DNA from: Dendrobates tinctorius
Lineage: Eukaryota
Length of the DNA stretch: 64,000 nt
Assembly: GCF_039654945.1 (NCBI RefSeq)
Contig: NW_027361761.1
Span: 22,134,001-22,198,000, forward strand
Direction: 5' to 3'
The position numbers and the translations under genes are program-made. This document shows positions 49,255-61,465 of the stretch, piece after piece. Numbering within the stretch: position 1 is the first letter of the stretch; each line of letters starts with the position of its first letter. Below the pieces are notes generated by a model. That model searched no databases and had not been told where the DNA came from. It saw nothing but the letters and a program-made list of their open reading frames with translations.

Positions 49255-49830
49255 GGAGACTGGTGACGTCACAGCTCGTCAACCTCCCTTGGCAGGCGCT
49301 CGCCGGTGACGTCACCCGTGCGCCGGCCCTCACTCACCTCCACCGCCGAGAGCTTCGAGGATACCTCGTGCAGGACGAATCGCTCCATCCCTCGCCCCAC
49401 CGTGCAGAAGAAGGCGACATGTCCTCCCGTCATCCTCCGGGCGGAGGTGGGTTTTTTTTTGTTTTTTTTTAATCTCTAGGAGTCGAGTACATGACACGCG
49501 CGGGAGTCACGTGAGGAGGACGCAGTGACGTCATCGGCCGCATCACGTGTCCACAACAGTCGCGGGCGTCTCAGCCAATCAGATGCATGCACCTGACTAG
49601 CACCTCCTCCTCCCAGCTGGAGCCCCCGCCCAGTGAGGTCGCCGGTCACACAGTGTCAGTGAGGATTTCCGCGCTGGGGGTGAGTGCTCAGTACATGTAC
49701 GGGGGCCGACAGTGGCCGCGCTGAGGGGAGGCTGTGTGTCCGGGATGTTTGCCGCTGCCTCTCGGCTACATTCCTCTTTCGCTCTGTTATCGTCAGGGGT
49801 AAAGGTCACATTCGGCGCCGGCCTCTTGTG
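49255..49830. promoter_or_regulatory. CpG-island promoter of THUMPD2
   Basis: CpG-dense; three TGACGTCA (CRE) at ~49264, ~49307 and ~49526; GTCACGTGA ~49506; CACGTG ~49544; CCAAT ~49575. Confidence 0.75.
49338..49433 (-). CDS. THUMPD2: THUMPD2 exon 1 (coding part)
   Basis: MTGGHVAFFCTVGRGMERFVLHEVSSKLSAVE; donor gtgagt. Confidence 0.9.
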
Positions 49831-50098
49831 TACTGATTGTGGTTGTCTACCTTCAGCCATATAGATATTTATTTTTACTTAAATTGGACCTTTTACTACT
49901 TTTCGTACGTTACACCGGTCGCCTCATGGAATATTGTTATAGCCAAGTGGGCGTAACCAGAGATTTGTCCTTGGGGGCGTCTACTTCTATCTCTGCATGA
50001 GGTTGACCAATCATACCTACCTGGCAACACACACGAGGAAAAGAACACACCCCCAAAATAGCCAAGAGCCGGTTACACCTGTGTGAGACATATGTCTC

Positions 50099-51230
50099 TG
50101 CAGAGCCGTCAGGGTGGGGGCCAGTACAGCAGAGCCGTCAGGGTGGGGGCCAGTACAGCAGAGCCGTCAGGGTGGGGGCCAGTACAGCAGAGCCGTCAGG
50201 GTGGGGGCCAGTACAGCAGAGCCGTCAGGGTGGGGGCCAGTACAGCAGAGCCGTCAGGGTGGGGGCCAGTACAGCAGAGCCGTCAGGGTGAGGGGCAGTA
50301 CAGCAGAGCCGTCAGGGTGAGGGGCAGTACAGCAGAGCCGTCAGGGTGAGGGGCAGTACAGCAGAGCCGTCAGGGTGAGGGGCAGTACAGCAGAGCCGTC
50401 AGGGTGGGGGCCAATACAGCAGAGCCGTCAGGGTGGGGGCCAGTACAGCAGAGCCGTCAGGGTGGGGGCCAGTACAGCAGAGCCGTCAGGGTGGGGGCCA
50501 GTACAGCAGAGCCGTCAGGGTGGGGGCCAGTACAGCAGAGCCGTCAGGGTGAGGGGCAGTACAGCAGAGCCGTCAGGGTGAGGGGCAGTACAGCAGAGCC
50601 GTCAGGGTGAGGGGCAGTACAGCAGAGCCGTCAGGGTGGGGGCCAATACAGCAGAGCCGTCAGGGTGGGGGCCAGTACAGCAGAGCCGTCAGGGTGGGGG
50701 CCAGTACAGCAGAGCCGTCAGGGTGAGGGGCAGTACAGCAGAGCCGTCAGGGTGAGGGGCAGTACAGCAGAGCCGTCAGGGTGGGGGGCAGTACAGCAGA
50801 GCCGTCAGGGTGGGGGGCAGTACAGCAGAGCCATCAGGGTGGGGGCCAGTACAGCAGAGCCGTCAGGGTGAGGGGCCAGTACAGCAGAGCCGTCAGGGTG
50901 AGGGGCCAGTACAGCAGAGCCGTCAGGGTGGGGGCCAGTACAGCAGAGCCGTCAGGGTGGGGGCCAGTACAGCAGAGCCGTCAGGGTGGGGGCCAGTACA
51001 GCAGAGCCGTCAGGGTGGGGGCCAGTACAGCAGAGCTGACAGGGCGGAGGCAGTACAGCAGAGCCGTCAGGGTGAGGGGCCAGTACAGCAGAGCCATCAG
51101 GGTGAGGGGCAGTACAGCAGAGCTGACAGGGTGGGGGCCAGTACAGCAAAGCCGTCAGGGGGTCAGTACAGCAGAGCTGACAGGGTGGGGGCCAGTACAG
51201 CAGAGCTGACAGGGTGGTGGCAGTACTGTG
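50099..51230. repeat. 29-bp G-rich minisatellite (CAGTACAGCAGAGCCGTCAGGGTGGGGGC)
   Basis: Direct tandem periodicity. Confidence 0.95.
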
Positions 51231-51740
51231 CGCTGTGAGGATTCGCCAGTTTCTGACTCGCATCGGAGGGTATGTATGCGTTATACATATTCCCGGACAG
51301 ACCCTGTCCAGTAGGCGAGGTTGCGTCCTGTCTAGTGACTTGACTTTCTAGTGAGCATTGCCGACTAGAGAGCGCCGCCTCGCTCTTTACAAGTGTATGG
51401 GATGAGGCCACTGGTCAGGCTCTGGTTGAGAGTGTTTATACCACACACACACCCTCCTGTCCCAACTCAGAAACAGGTGAATCCCCAGTGCGTGGTCTGC
51501 AGTCACACAGACTCATCAGTGTGGACCGGTCATCCCCTCTGACTCATTCTGCAGCCGGCATCGTACAGCACAGGCGCTACAGAGTTGCAGAAATGTTTTT
51601 TAGCCGTAATGCACACATTTAAGTTAAAACAAAATAATTCACCCCAAAAGTGAATGACCCCTATAAACATAGCAAACCCAAGCAAGTAGTGGGTGATTCT
51701 CTGCCTAGGCTTCCATTGGTGACCTTTATTTCATAGATTT

Positions 51741-52295
51741 AAGGGGGGCTCGGGAGCTGCCGTGTACAGGGAAGGGGGGCTCGGGAGTTGCAGTGTACAG
51801 GGAAGGGGGGCTCGGGAGCTGCCGTGTACATGGAAGGGGGGCTCGGGAGCTGCCGTGTATATGGAAGGGGGGCTCGGGAGCTGCCGTGTACAGGGAAAGG
51901 GGGCTCGGGAGTTGCAGTGTACAGGGAAAGGGGGCTCGGGAGTTGCAGTGTACAGGGAAAGGGGGCTCGGGAGTTGCAGTGTACAGGGAAGGGGGGCTCG
52001 GGAGTTGCAGTGTACATGGAAGGGGGGCTCGGGAGCTGCCGTGTACATGGAAGGGGGGCTCGGGAGCTGCCGTGTATATGGAAGGGGGGCTCGGGAGCTG
52101 CCGTGTATATGGAAGGGGGGCTCGGGAGCTGCCGTGTACAGGGAAAGGGGGCTCGGGAGTTGCAGTGTACAGGGAAGGGGGGCTCGGGAGTTGCAGTGTA
52201 CAGGGAAGGGGGGCTCGGGAGCTGCCGTGTACAGGGAAGGGGGGCTCGGGAGTTGCAGTGTACAGGGAAGGGGGGCTCAGGAGCTACCATGTACG
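51741..52295. repeat. 31-bp G-rich minisatellite (GGGGGGCTCGGGAGCTGCCGTGTACAGGGAA)
   Basis: Direct tandem periodicity. Confidence 0.95.
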
Positions 52296-53578
52296 GCCAG
52301 CACTGCAGACTAGCTGCCATGATGGGGCACTTGCCCAGCACTGATCCTGTCCTCTGGGATTAAGCAATGAAGGTTTCTACTGAATGACAGCAAACAGATC
52401 TTGAAAACCGTACACAGTAATGATGTGTGCCTGGAGTTACAGGGATCATCTGTGGGCAGATTTGTGGCTATTTTTCTGTATTGTGTGGATATACTTTTTT
52501 TTGGAGACTCTGGATTATACCACGTCTCATTGATGCTGGAGTGAGGGAGAGTTCTCGGACCCGTTTCCGGTTTTCCTTGGTGCATGGACTGTGCCGCTCT
52601 GCACTGCAGTCAGATATAGAGAAGTCCAGAAATATTTGGACAGTGACCCAATCTCCGTGATTTCAGCTCTGCAGGCCACTATTTTGGATTTAAACTGAAA
52701 CAACTGATGTGCAATTGAAGTCTGGACATTCTGGATTAATTAAAGGGGTTTGATAAAAATCTCTGAAACGTTTAGGAATTGCTGTTGTTTTTCTACAAAG
52801 CCTCCTCATTTAAGGGGCTCAAAAGTAATTGGACAAATTAATTTTACCATAAATAAAAGGTTAATATTTAACAGAGAATTGTTTGCCGGCAATGACGGCC
52901 TGAAGTCTGGAGGCCATGGACGTCACCAGACACTGGGTTCCCTCCTTGTTGATTGTTTGTCGCCTTTACTGCTTCTGACTTCAGTTGTTTCTTGTATGTG
53001 GCTTTTTCTGCCTTGAGTTGTGTCTTAATCATGTGAGATGCAGCTCAATGGGGCTGAGATCTGGTGATGAGTCGGCCATTGCAGAATATTCCACTTTTTT
53101 GCTTTCGCACTATGTTTTGGGTCATTGTCCATCTGTCCTGTGAAGCGTTGCCCAATCAGCCTTGCTGCTCTTGGTTGAATCTGAGGAGACAGTCTCGCCC
53201 TGTACACACAGGATTCATCCAGCTGCTTCTCTCTTCTGTCACACCATCAATAACCGCTATTGACCCAGTAGCCATTGGAAGCCATGCATGCCCGGGCCAT
53301 CTCACCGCCTCCGCCATGTTTTACAGAGGACGTGGTGTGCTTTGGATCGTGAGCAATTCAATTCCAACCCTTCTCCATACTTTCTTCTTCCCATCATTCT
53401 GGTACAGGTTGATCTTCATTTTGCTTTTCCTGAAACGGGCTGGATTCGTTACATGTTTTTTTTTTGGGGGGGAAAGTCTAATCTAGCCTTTTTCTTTTTA
53501 AGGCTAATTAAATGTTTGCATCTCGTGGTGACCCCTCTGTATTTACTCTTGTGAAGTCTTCTCTTTAAGATAGACTTA

Positions 53579-53941
53579 GGCCTGTTTCATACCTCCATCA
53601 TCGGCGGTCAGTTGAAATCTGCCAAAGGTTGAAACCAGCGGATCTGTGACGGACGGATGTCAGCGAAGGAGAGAGAGAGATTTTATTGGCTCCTGGAGCG
53701 GCATTTATGGGTTAATGCTGAAATTAGCGGACCGTCAAAGCAAAAAAACGTTGCAGGGTCCGTTTCAATCTTGGCGGATCCGTAAACAAACGGGTGGGAC
53801 GGACGACCGTCAGTCAAGATCCGCCAATAATGTAAGTCTATGGGGGAAAAAACCGGATCCGCCACTTTTTTGGCGGATCCGTTTTTTTTTAAATTTGGCG
53901 GATTTTGACTGAAGGGAAAAAACGGATGTGTTAAACAGGCC
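53579..53941. mobile_element. Harbinger/Tourist-like MITE
   Basis: TTA|GGCCTGTTT...AAACAGGCC|TTA. Confidence 0.75.
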
Positions 53942-54681
53942 TTAGATACTGAAACACCAACTTCCCGGAAAGTGTTCTTCACTTGGGTGGATGTTGTGAA
54001 GAGGTTATCCTTCACCATGCATAGGATCCTGTGATGATCCACCAATATTGTCTTCCATGGACGTTCAGGCCTTCTTGAGTTCCCAAGCTCACCAGTGCGC
54101 TCTTTTTTTTTTTTTTTTTACAGAATATACGAAACTGTTGATGTGGCCACTCATAGCATTTTTGCTATCTCTCTGATTAATTTCATTTTTCCAGCCTAAT
54201 GATCTTCTGTTTCTCTTCCATTCAGAGGTCTTTTGACCGCACGTTGTGGATTCACAGCACCAGGTGCTGCATGCAAATACCACACTTGGAATCAGCTCCA
54301 GGCCTTTTACCTACTTAATTGATGATGGATTAAAGGAAACCTGTCAGCAGTTTTGGCCAATATAAGTTACAGCCATCACCTTTCAGGGCTGATATACAGC
54401 ATTCTATAATGCTGTATATCTGCCCCCAACCCGACCTGTAAGAGAAAAAAAATAACTTTCATTATACTCACCTGTGGGGCAGTCCGGTCCGATGGGTATC
54501 GCATTTCTTGGTGCGGCGCCTCCTGTGTTCTTGCGATGCCGCCCTCCTTGGTTCTTGTGGATGACGTGTCCCTCTCTGCATTATCCGCACGGTCTGCTCG
54601 GCATCGCGCTCCTGCACAGGCGCACTTTTCTGCCCTGTTCAGGGCAGACCAAAGTCCTGCAGTGCACAAGCGCTGGGCCTC

Positions 54682-57600
54682 TGTGACGGGGTCAGCTTCT
54701 GCTGAGCCCTTTTTTTGAGTGGACCCTCTGGGTCGTGGCACCCACCCACCGAGGGCGAGCTGACCTTGTGAGGAACCACCCCCTATACAGGGAGTGTCAG
54801 GGGCAAGACCAAGGGGGTGAGCCACCACGACTGCTGGGACCAGAGGGTTGGCTCAGGGGGACACTGTGAGTCTCTGACGACCAGGGACAAGCAGGAAATA
54901 AAACAAGACAAGACGTAAGTTCAAGGTATCTTCATTTAGACAACTGCAGGAACATTCAGTGCAGAAACGTGAGGGCAAGCAAACACGGCACGGTGCGTGC
55001 ATGGGCACGCCAAGGTCCATAGCATGGTACGTGCCAGGTGGCACGCCTAGGTACAGGTAAAGGCACAATGCCATTGGACTCCGGACAGTTGGCAACGATC
55101 GACATGATCAGGGCATCAGGCTGCGGACATCCGCTCCGGACATCAGGCCACAGTCATCAGGCTTACGATCTCTGGCAGCGATCGGCAGGTTCCGGGCATC
55201 CGGCAGGCAAACCAGGGTTCAGGCAAGGAGGCACGACTAGTGTTGAGCGATACCATCCGATATTGAGAAATATCGGATTGGATCGGCCGATATCCAAAAA
55301 GTATCGGGTATCACCGATTCCGATACCGGAAGTCCCATTCAAGTCAATGGGACAGAAATATCGGAATTAAAAAAAACCCTTTCTTTCCTTGTAGGTTAAT
55401 TCTACATGAAGAAAAACAACTAAGAATAATGTAGAATGTATTGGGGGAGGTGGAGGAGGCATTAAAGGCATAGAGGTTTAGCCCAATCAAATGGAATAGC
55501 AGGAATACATTTATTTTTTTTAAAGACGTTCGGAGTTACAAAGATATTGACAATGTTAACCTTTTTTATGTTTTGTCAGATATGTATGTTTCACTACTTC
55601 CATGCTCTTCACCTTCTTTTTTACTTCTCCCACACTTTCTCCTTCATGATCCTCAGCAGCAGCATCTTTTTCATCAACTTCTTCTTCACCTTATTTATCT
55701 TCTTCACCTTCTTCCTATTCTTTTTTTTTTACATTCTTCATATTCTTCTTATTCAACTATTATTATTCTTCATTTTCTACTTCTTCATCTTCTTCCTATT
55801 CTTCTTCTTCATCATATTCTTATTTGTGACAGGCATTCCTGTAGTTATTGATAAAAGTTTGAAGATTACACCTTCCGTTCTGCCTGTCACCAAAGATTTA
55901 CAACTGGATTTGTCCGTGTTCAGTTTGGCCTGCAGCAGCAGGCATTTTCCAGGGGCACCACGAGGAGGAACGGACTCACCCCTATACACTGCTTAGTCGT
56001 CTTCTGCTTATAATTTAGATAATATCTTTTGCTCTGATTTTTAGTCTTATGCTTAATGTTCTTCTGCTTTTTGTTCTGCAGCTTCTTGTTCTTCTGCTTC
56101 TTGGTCTTCTGTCTCTTGTTGTTCTGTATCTTGGTGGTCGTCTTCATGTTCTTTGTCCTCTTGGTCATCTTCTTCAGGGTCATCTTTTTGGTCTTCTTCG
56201 GGGTGGTCTTCAGGGTTGTCGTCTTCAGGGTTGTCGTCATGGAGATCCAGAGTGGTAATAAACAAAAACCATTTCCAAAAGCTTGAACTTGGAAATGTAG
56301 CAGAAGGTACAAAAAGGCAGAGGAACTGCCGAGAACCAGCTTACGGTGCTGGAACCCGGATGGTTAGCCGAAGCTGCAAGAGCCAATGGAACTAGCGAGG
56401 ACCAGCTGACGGTGCTGGAACCCGGAAGGGCAGCAGAAGGAACAAGAGCCAATGGCACTACCGAGGACCAGCTAACGGTGCTGGAACCCGGTTACTAAGC
56501 AGGAGGTACCCGTGCTAGAAAGCACTACCAAGGACCAGCAGACGTTGCTGGAACTCGGATACCGAGAAGGAGGCACCTAAGCCAAAGGCACTGCCGAGAA
56601 CCAGCTGACGGTGCTGGAACCCGGATGGGTAGCAGAAGGTACCCATGAAAAACTACCGAAACCCATAGTCCTTACAGGGGGTGCTTGTCCTATTGGCACT
56701 ACGGAACCAGCCTTTATTACCAGAACCCGCAGCCCACATAGGAAGCACCTAAACTGCAGGCACCATAGACTCGGCTAACCCGACCGCAACACGACAGGAG
56801 AACGTATTGGTGGCAAAGTGACGTTGACACTTCCCGGAAACAGCTGGCATGCTGGAACCAGGCTGGGCAGGAGGGAGTACCCGTGCCAAAGACACTGCCG
56901 AGAACCATCTGACAGTGCTGGAACCTGGAGGGGCAGCAGAAGGAACAAGAGCCAATGGCACAACCGTGGACCAGCTGACAGTGCTGGAACCCGGTTACTA
57001 AGCAGGAGGTACCTGTGCTAGAAAGCACTACCAAGGACCAGCAGACGTTGCTGGAACTCGGATACCGAGAAGGAGGCACTTAAGCCAAAGGCACTGCCGA
57101 GAACCAGCTGACGTTCTGGAACCCGAATGGGTAGCAGAAGCTGCAAGAGCAAATGGAACTAGCGAGGACCAGCTGACGGTGCTGGAACCCGGAGGGGCAG
57201 CAGAAGGAACAAGAGCCAATGGCACTACCGAGGACCAGCTGACGGTGCTGGAACCCGGTTACTAAGCAGGAGGTACCTGTGCTAGAAAGCACTACCAAAG
57301 ACCAGCAGACTTTGCTGGAACTCGGATACCAAGAAGGAGGCACCTCAGCCAAAGGCACTGCCAAGAACCAGCTGAAGGTGCTGGAACCCGGATGGGTAGC
57401 AGAAGGTACCCATGAAAAACAAAGTTGCAAGGCCGCGAGCTGGCCGCAGTTACCGAAACCCACAGTCCTTACAGGGGGTGCTTGTCCTATTTGCACTATG
57501 GAACCAGCCTTTATTACCAGAACCCGCAGCCCACATAGGAAGCACCTAAACTGCAGGCACCATAGACTCAGCTAACCCGACCGCAACATGACAGGACAAT

Positions 57601-58082
57601 GTATTGGTGGCAAAGTGACGTTGACACTACCCGGAAACAGCAGGCGTGCTGGAACCAGGCTGGGCAGGAGGGAGTACCTGTGCCGAAGACACTTCTGAGC
57701 AGCAACTGGCGGTGTTGGAGCCCAGGGTCAATCTGGGTGTAGGCTGAGGCCTAATTTCATCAAGTTTTATATCTGTTGTAGACTACTACTGATTTTAACT
57801 GTCCTCCAATTAGGCCTCTGGCTCCACTGTCTCTAGTATTTACCCTCTCCTCCAACACCGGCAGTTGCAGCTCAAAAGTGCCGTCTGCACAATCAACGCT
57901 TGTTCCTGTGTTACTGCGGCTCAGTAACGTCAGTTGATCCCCTGATGTGTGTCCGGCAATGTCTCCTGCCCTGTCCACATTCCCACTACTAGTACCCAGC
58001 AACAGCGTGCAGCCATGAGATAAGGCACGCGTGCACACTGCTCGAGGCAACTTGCAGCATAATAGACATGGCGGACATGACA
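54682..58082. mobile_element. Solo-LTR-like element interrupted by a hAT-like fragment (from 55238) and internal repeats
   Basis: TGTGACG...CATGACA termini; 5-bp TSD GCCTC at 54677-54681 and 58083-58087. Confidence 0.65.
55590..57720. repeat. CTT-rich low-complexity tract followed by a complex GCTGGAACCCGG tandem array with an ~775-bp higher-order duplication
   Basis: 56390-56930 closely resembles 57165-57700. Confidence 0.75.
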
Positions 58083-58440
58083 GCCTCTCTGACCTTTCCC
58101 GGCACCTGCGCACTGCAGTACTTTGCTCTTCCCTCAACAGGGCAGAGAAGTGCGCCTGTGCAGTCGATTCCGAGCAGACTGCGTGGATGATGCAGGGTCG
58201 TGTCATCCACACGAACCAAGTAGGAGGACTGCATTGCAAGAAGATGGGAGGTGCTGGACCAAGAAGAGTGACACCTCTTGGACCGGACCGCCCCACAGGT
58301 GAGTATAATAAAAGTTATTTTTCAGTTCTTCCAGTTTGGGTTGGGGGCCGATGTACAGCATTATAGAATGCTACATATCAGCCCTGAAAGGCGGTGGCCG
58401 CATCTTAAATCGGCCAAACCTGGTGACAGGTTCCCTTTAA

Positions 58441-60218
58441 CCCCTTCCTTACCGATGACGGAATAGTACGTCATCGGTAAGGATCCCCGCTTTGAGGTTG
58501 GCTCCGGCAGTGAGCTCGCCTCAAAGCCACGACATGTCAGCTGTTATGAACAGCTGACATGTGCCTGCAATAGGCGCAAGCAGAATCGTAATCCACCTGC
58601 ACTAGTTAAATCCCGCTGTCAAAGCTGACAGAGGGCATTTAAATTGCATTTCCGGCCGCCGGGCCGGAAATTAGCTCATCGCCGACCCCCGTCACGTGAT
58701 GGGGGGTCGGCGTCACATTGCCTGGACAACCACAGGTCTCATAGAGACCTCTATGTTCCAGACAGATGGCTTTGAGCTCAAAGCACAGCAATAAATCTGC
58801 TACATATGGGCGATCTGCTACATATGGGCGATCTGCTACATATGGGCGATCTGCTCATCGCCCATATGTATAAAAAAAACTGAAGTCTGACCTGAGAAAA
58901 TAAATTAATGTGTATGCACAATGTAAGTGCATATTAACATACGACCATTAACCAGAGAAAACAAAAAGCAAAAAACACAAGTAAAAAGTAATAAACTGCA
59001 AATAATGCATAAAGGTAATAATATAATAAGGGTATTTAGTAAACATAATTTTGATCAAAATAATGTACAAGCCATCCCGCCACGTCACGGCAACCCTTGT
59101 GGGACAGTCCTACTCTAGTATTTGAAACCTGGCCTATGCTTTTACTAGTGGGTCAGTCCCTCGATCCTTGTTCACATTCACGTCACTTGGCAAGTGAAAA
59201 GGTTTTAAATACTAGAGTAGGACTGTCCCACAAGGGTTGCCTTGACGTGGTGGGATGGCTTGTACATTATTTTGATCAAAATTATGTTTACTAAATACCC
59301 TTATTATTATTACCTTTATGCATTATTTGTAGTTTATTATTTTTTACTTTTTATTTGTGCTTTTTGTTTTCATCGCCCATATGTAGCAGAGCCGATCGGG
59401 TTGTGCATGCTTCTAGCCTCCTATGGAGGCTATTGAAGCATGCCAAAAGTAAAAAAAAAAAAAGTTTAAAAACAAAAAAACCTAAAAGTTCAAATCACCC
59501 CCCTTTCGCCCCAATCAAAATAAAATTAAAAAAAAATCCCACATACACATATTAGGTATCGTCACGTTCAGAATCACCTGATATATCAATAAAATAAAAA
59601 CATTAACCCGATCGCTAAACAGCGTAGCGAGAAAAAAATTCAAAACCCCAGAATTACGTTTTTTTGGTTGCCGTGACATTGCATTAAAATGCAATAACGG
59701 GCGATTAAAAGAACGTATCTGCACAAAAGTGGTATTATTACAAAATGTCAGCTCAGCACGCAAAAAATAAGCCCTCACCCGACCCCAGATCACGAAAAAT
59801 TGAGACGCTACGGGTCTCGGAAAATTGCGCAAATTTTTATTTTTTATAGCAAACTTTTGAATTTTTTTACCACTTAGATAAAAGAGGACATAGACATGTT
59901 TGGTGTCTATGAACTCGTAATGACCTGGAGAATCATAATGGCAGGTTAGATTTAGCATCTAGTGAACCTAGCAAAAAAGCCAAGCAAAAAACAAGTGTGG
60001 GATTGCACTTTTTTTGCAATTTCACCGCACTTGGAATTTTTTTCCCGTTTTCGAGTGCACGACATGGTAAAACCAATGATGTCGTTTAAAAGTACAACTC
60101 GTCCTGCAAAAAATAAGCCCTCACATGGCCATATAGATGGAAAAATAAAAAAGTTATGGCTTTGGAAAGAAGGGGAGTGAAAAACGAAAAATCGAAAAAA
60201 GCTCCTGGAGTGAAGGGG
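58441..60218. mobile_element. piggyBac-like non-autonomous element
   Basis: TTAA|CCCCTTC...GAAGGGG|TTAA. Confidence 0.8.
58871..59369. mobile_element. Fold-back insert with a 16-bp TSD (probably Penelope-derived)
   Basis: TSD TCATCGCCCATATGTA at 58855-58870 and 59370-59385; inverted arms ~58960-59128 and ~59201-59369. Confidence 0.65.
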
Positions 60219-60550
60219 TTAATGAGGGGAAAACCCATTAAAGAAGCTTTTGATCCAATTACTTTTGGTGCTTCGAGAAAGAATCAGCTACATATTAAAG
60301 GGCTGTAATTCCGAAACCCTTTCTCCAGTTAGCATGCGAATACCCTCAAATTAAAGCTGAGAGTCTGCACTTTAAACCCAGATTGTTATAACTATATCTT
60401 GCGAAAATACCCAAACTAGTGTCAATATCCAATTATTTCTGGACCTAACTGTAAATGCGGAGCGATCGCCTGTCATTCTCACCCTCACTTTACTGGACCT
60501 TGTACCTGAATAACAGCCTCGTATATTTGTCAGGTGTGGCATACACCAGG

Positions 60551-61465
60551 TGTGGAGGAACGCACACAGACCCGTTCCTCCCACGTCACCACCGTGACGT
60601 AACTACACAGGCACAGCTCTCCGACGCCCCCTTTGTCTCTCAGGTCAGTAAGGGAACTGCACCTAGAGCAAATGGTCGCCGGGGAGGAGGTCCTGTTACC
60701 CGCTGGGGGTTCAAAGATTCGTGATCAGAGTAAAAGCATCAGCCCAAGATTAAGTTTATAGTTTAATTGCCTTAAGGGCGCACTAGATAATTACAGAAAT
60801 ATACAGTAAATTTGCAGTCAGAGAAAAGATATAACAATAAGGGTACAAGACTTAAGATATTAAGCTGGAGGTCAATTTACCAGATTGTAGGGTCATGTGG
60901 GTGCTGGGGAGCTCTGCAGTCCACAGGTACAAGAATCTTAGTTGCCGGACAGACCCCCAAAGCATGGGCCGCTGCTCCCCTCGGCAGGTCTGTCCCCAGG
61001 TCCTTCTTAGATCGTCATCGTCTGGATCTTCTGTGTGAAAGACTGAATATCTGCCAGGGGCTGCTAGTTCTTAAACACGCTAGGTTCCTCCCCCTGTGTC
61101 AGAGGGTGGGCTAATCCATGCTCCTAGGATGGAGCCAAAGCGTCTGGGACACACAAAGGATGTATATTCCTGCGTCTGCTAGCAGGTACATTCTAATTGA
61201 AGCCCTAGGCTTTTTTCCGGCCCCCTGCTGGCACGGCTCCGTACCTGAGCTTTGAAGCTCTGTTTTGGGCCTATCCTCATTATCACACCAATGGCCCTGG
61301 CTATTTAGCATTGGAACACTAAATCCTGCTTGTATTTACTAAGTACACAGCACCTGGGGGTATAGAAGCCATTAGCTGCCTGTAATTCCTGAACTTAGAC
61401 CAAAATGGATGCCAAGCTCAGACATGTGGCCCCATATCTAAGATGGCGGCTGCTCCTTCATCACA
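60551..61465. mobile_element. Solo LTR
   Basis: TGTGGAG...CATCACA termini; 5-bp TSD CCAGG at 60546-60550 and 61466-61470. Confidence 0.7.

Larger units (their letters stand above)
27674..49433 (-). other. THUMPD2: THUMPD2 gene (THUMP-domain m2G methyltransferase, partner of TRMT112), 10 coding exons, 1359-nt CDS, about 452 aa
   Basis: Exons join in frame with GT-AG boundaries; FFCTVGRGME, KVKSAERVFLL, TFRVSCRCAG, AGLRATTAWAMA, VLDPMCGVGTILLEA, SDIPFG, RVLRVGG. Confidence 0.95.
54334..58436. mobile_element. T2-MITE/Kolobok-like element carrying nested inserts
   Basis: TTAA|AGGAAACCTGTCA...TGACAGGTTCCCT|TTAA; long inverted arms at 54334-54680 and 58088-58436. Confidence 0.8.
52617..60451 (-). 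mobile_element. Old Tc1 element expanded to 7.8 kb by nested insertions
   Basis: Ends GTCCAGAAATATTTGGA / TCCAATTATTTCTGGACCTAACTG|TA; transposase remnants QMDNDPKH and KKWNILQWP on the minus strand. Confidence 0.8.

Noticed and set aside
50083-52363. Repetitive ORFs up to 200 aa
   Set aside because: Translations of 29-bp and 31-bp minisatellites cycling through frames
52368-52660. Candidate + strand coding exon of a divergent gene
   Set aside because: No recognisable homology and no convincing splice sites
55547-56312. Acidic/lysine-rich and very hydrophobic ORFs
   Set aside because: CTT/GAA low-complexity tract within a TE; no splice or domain support
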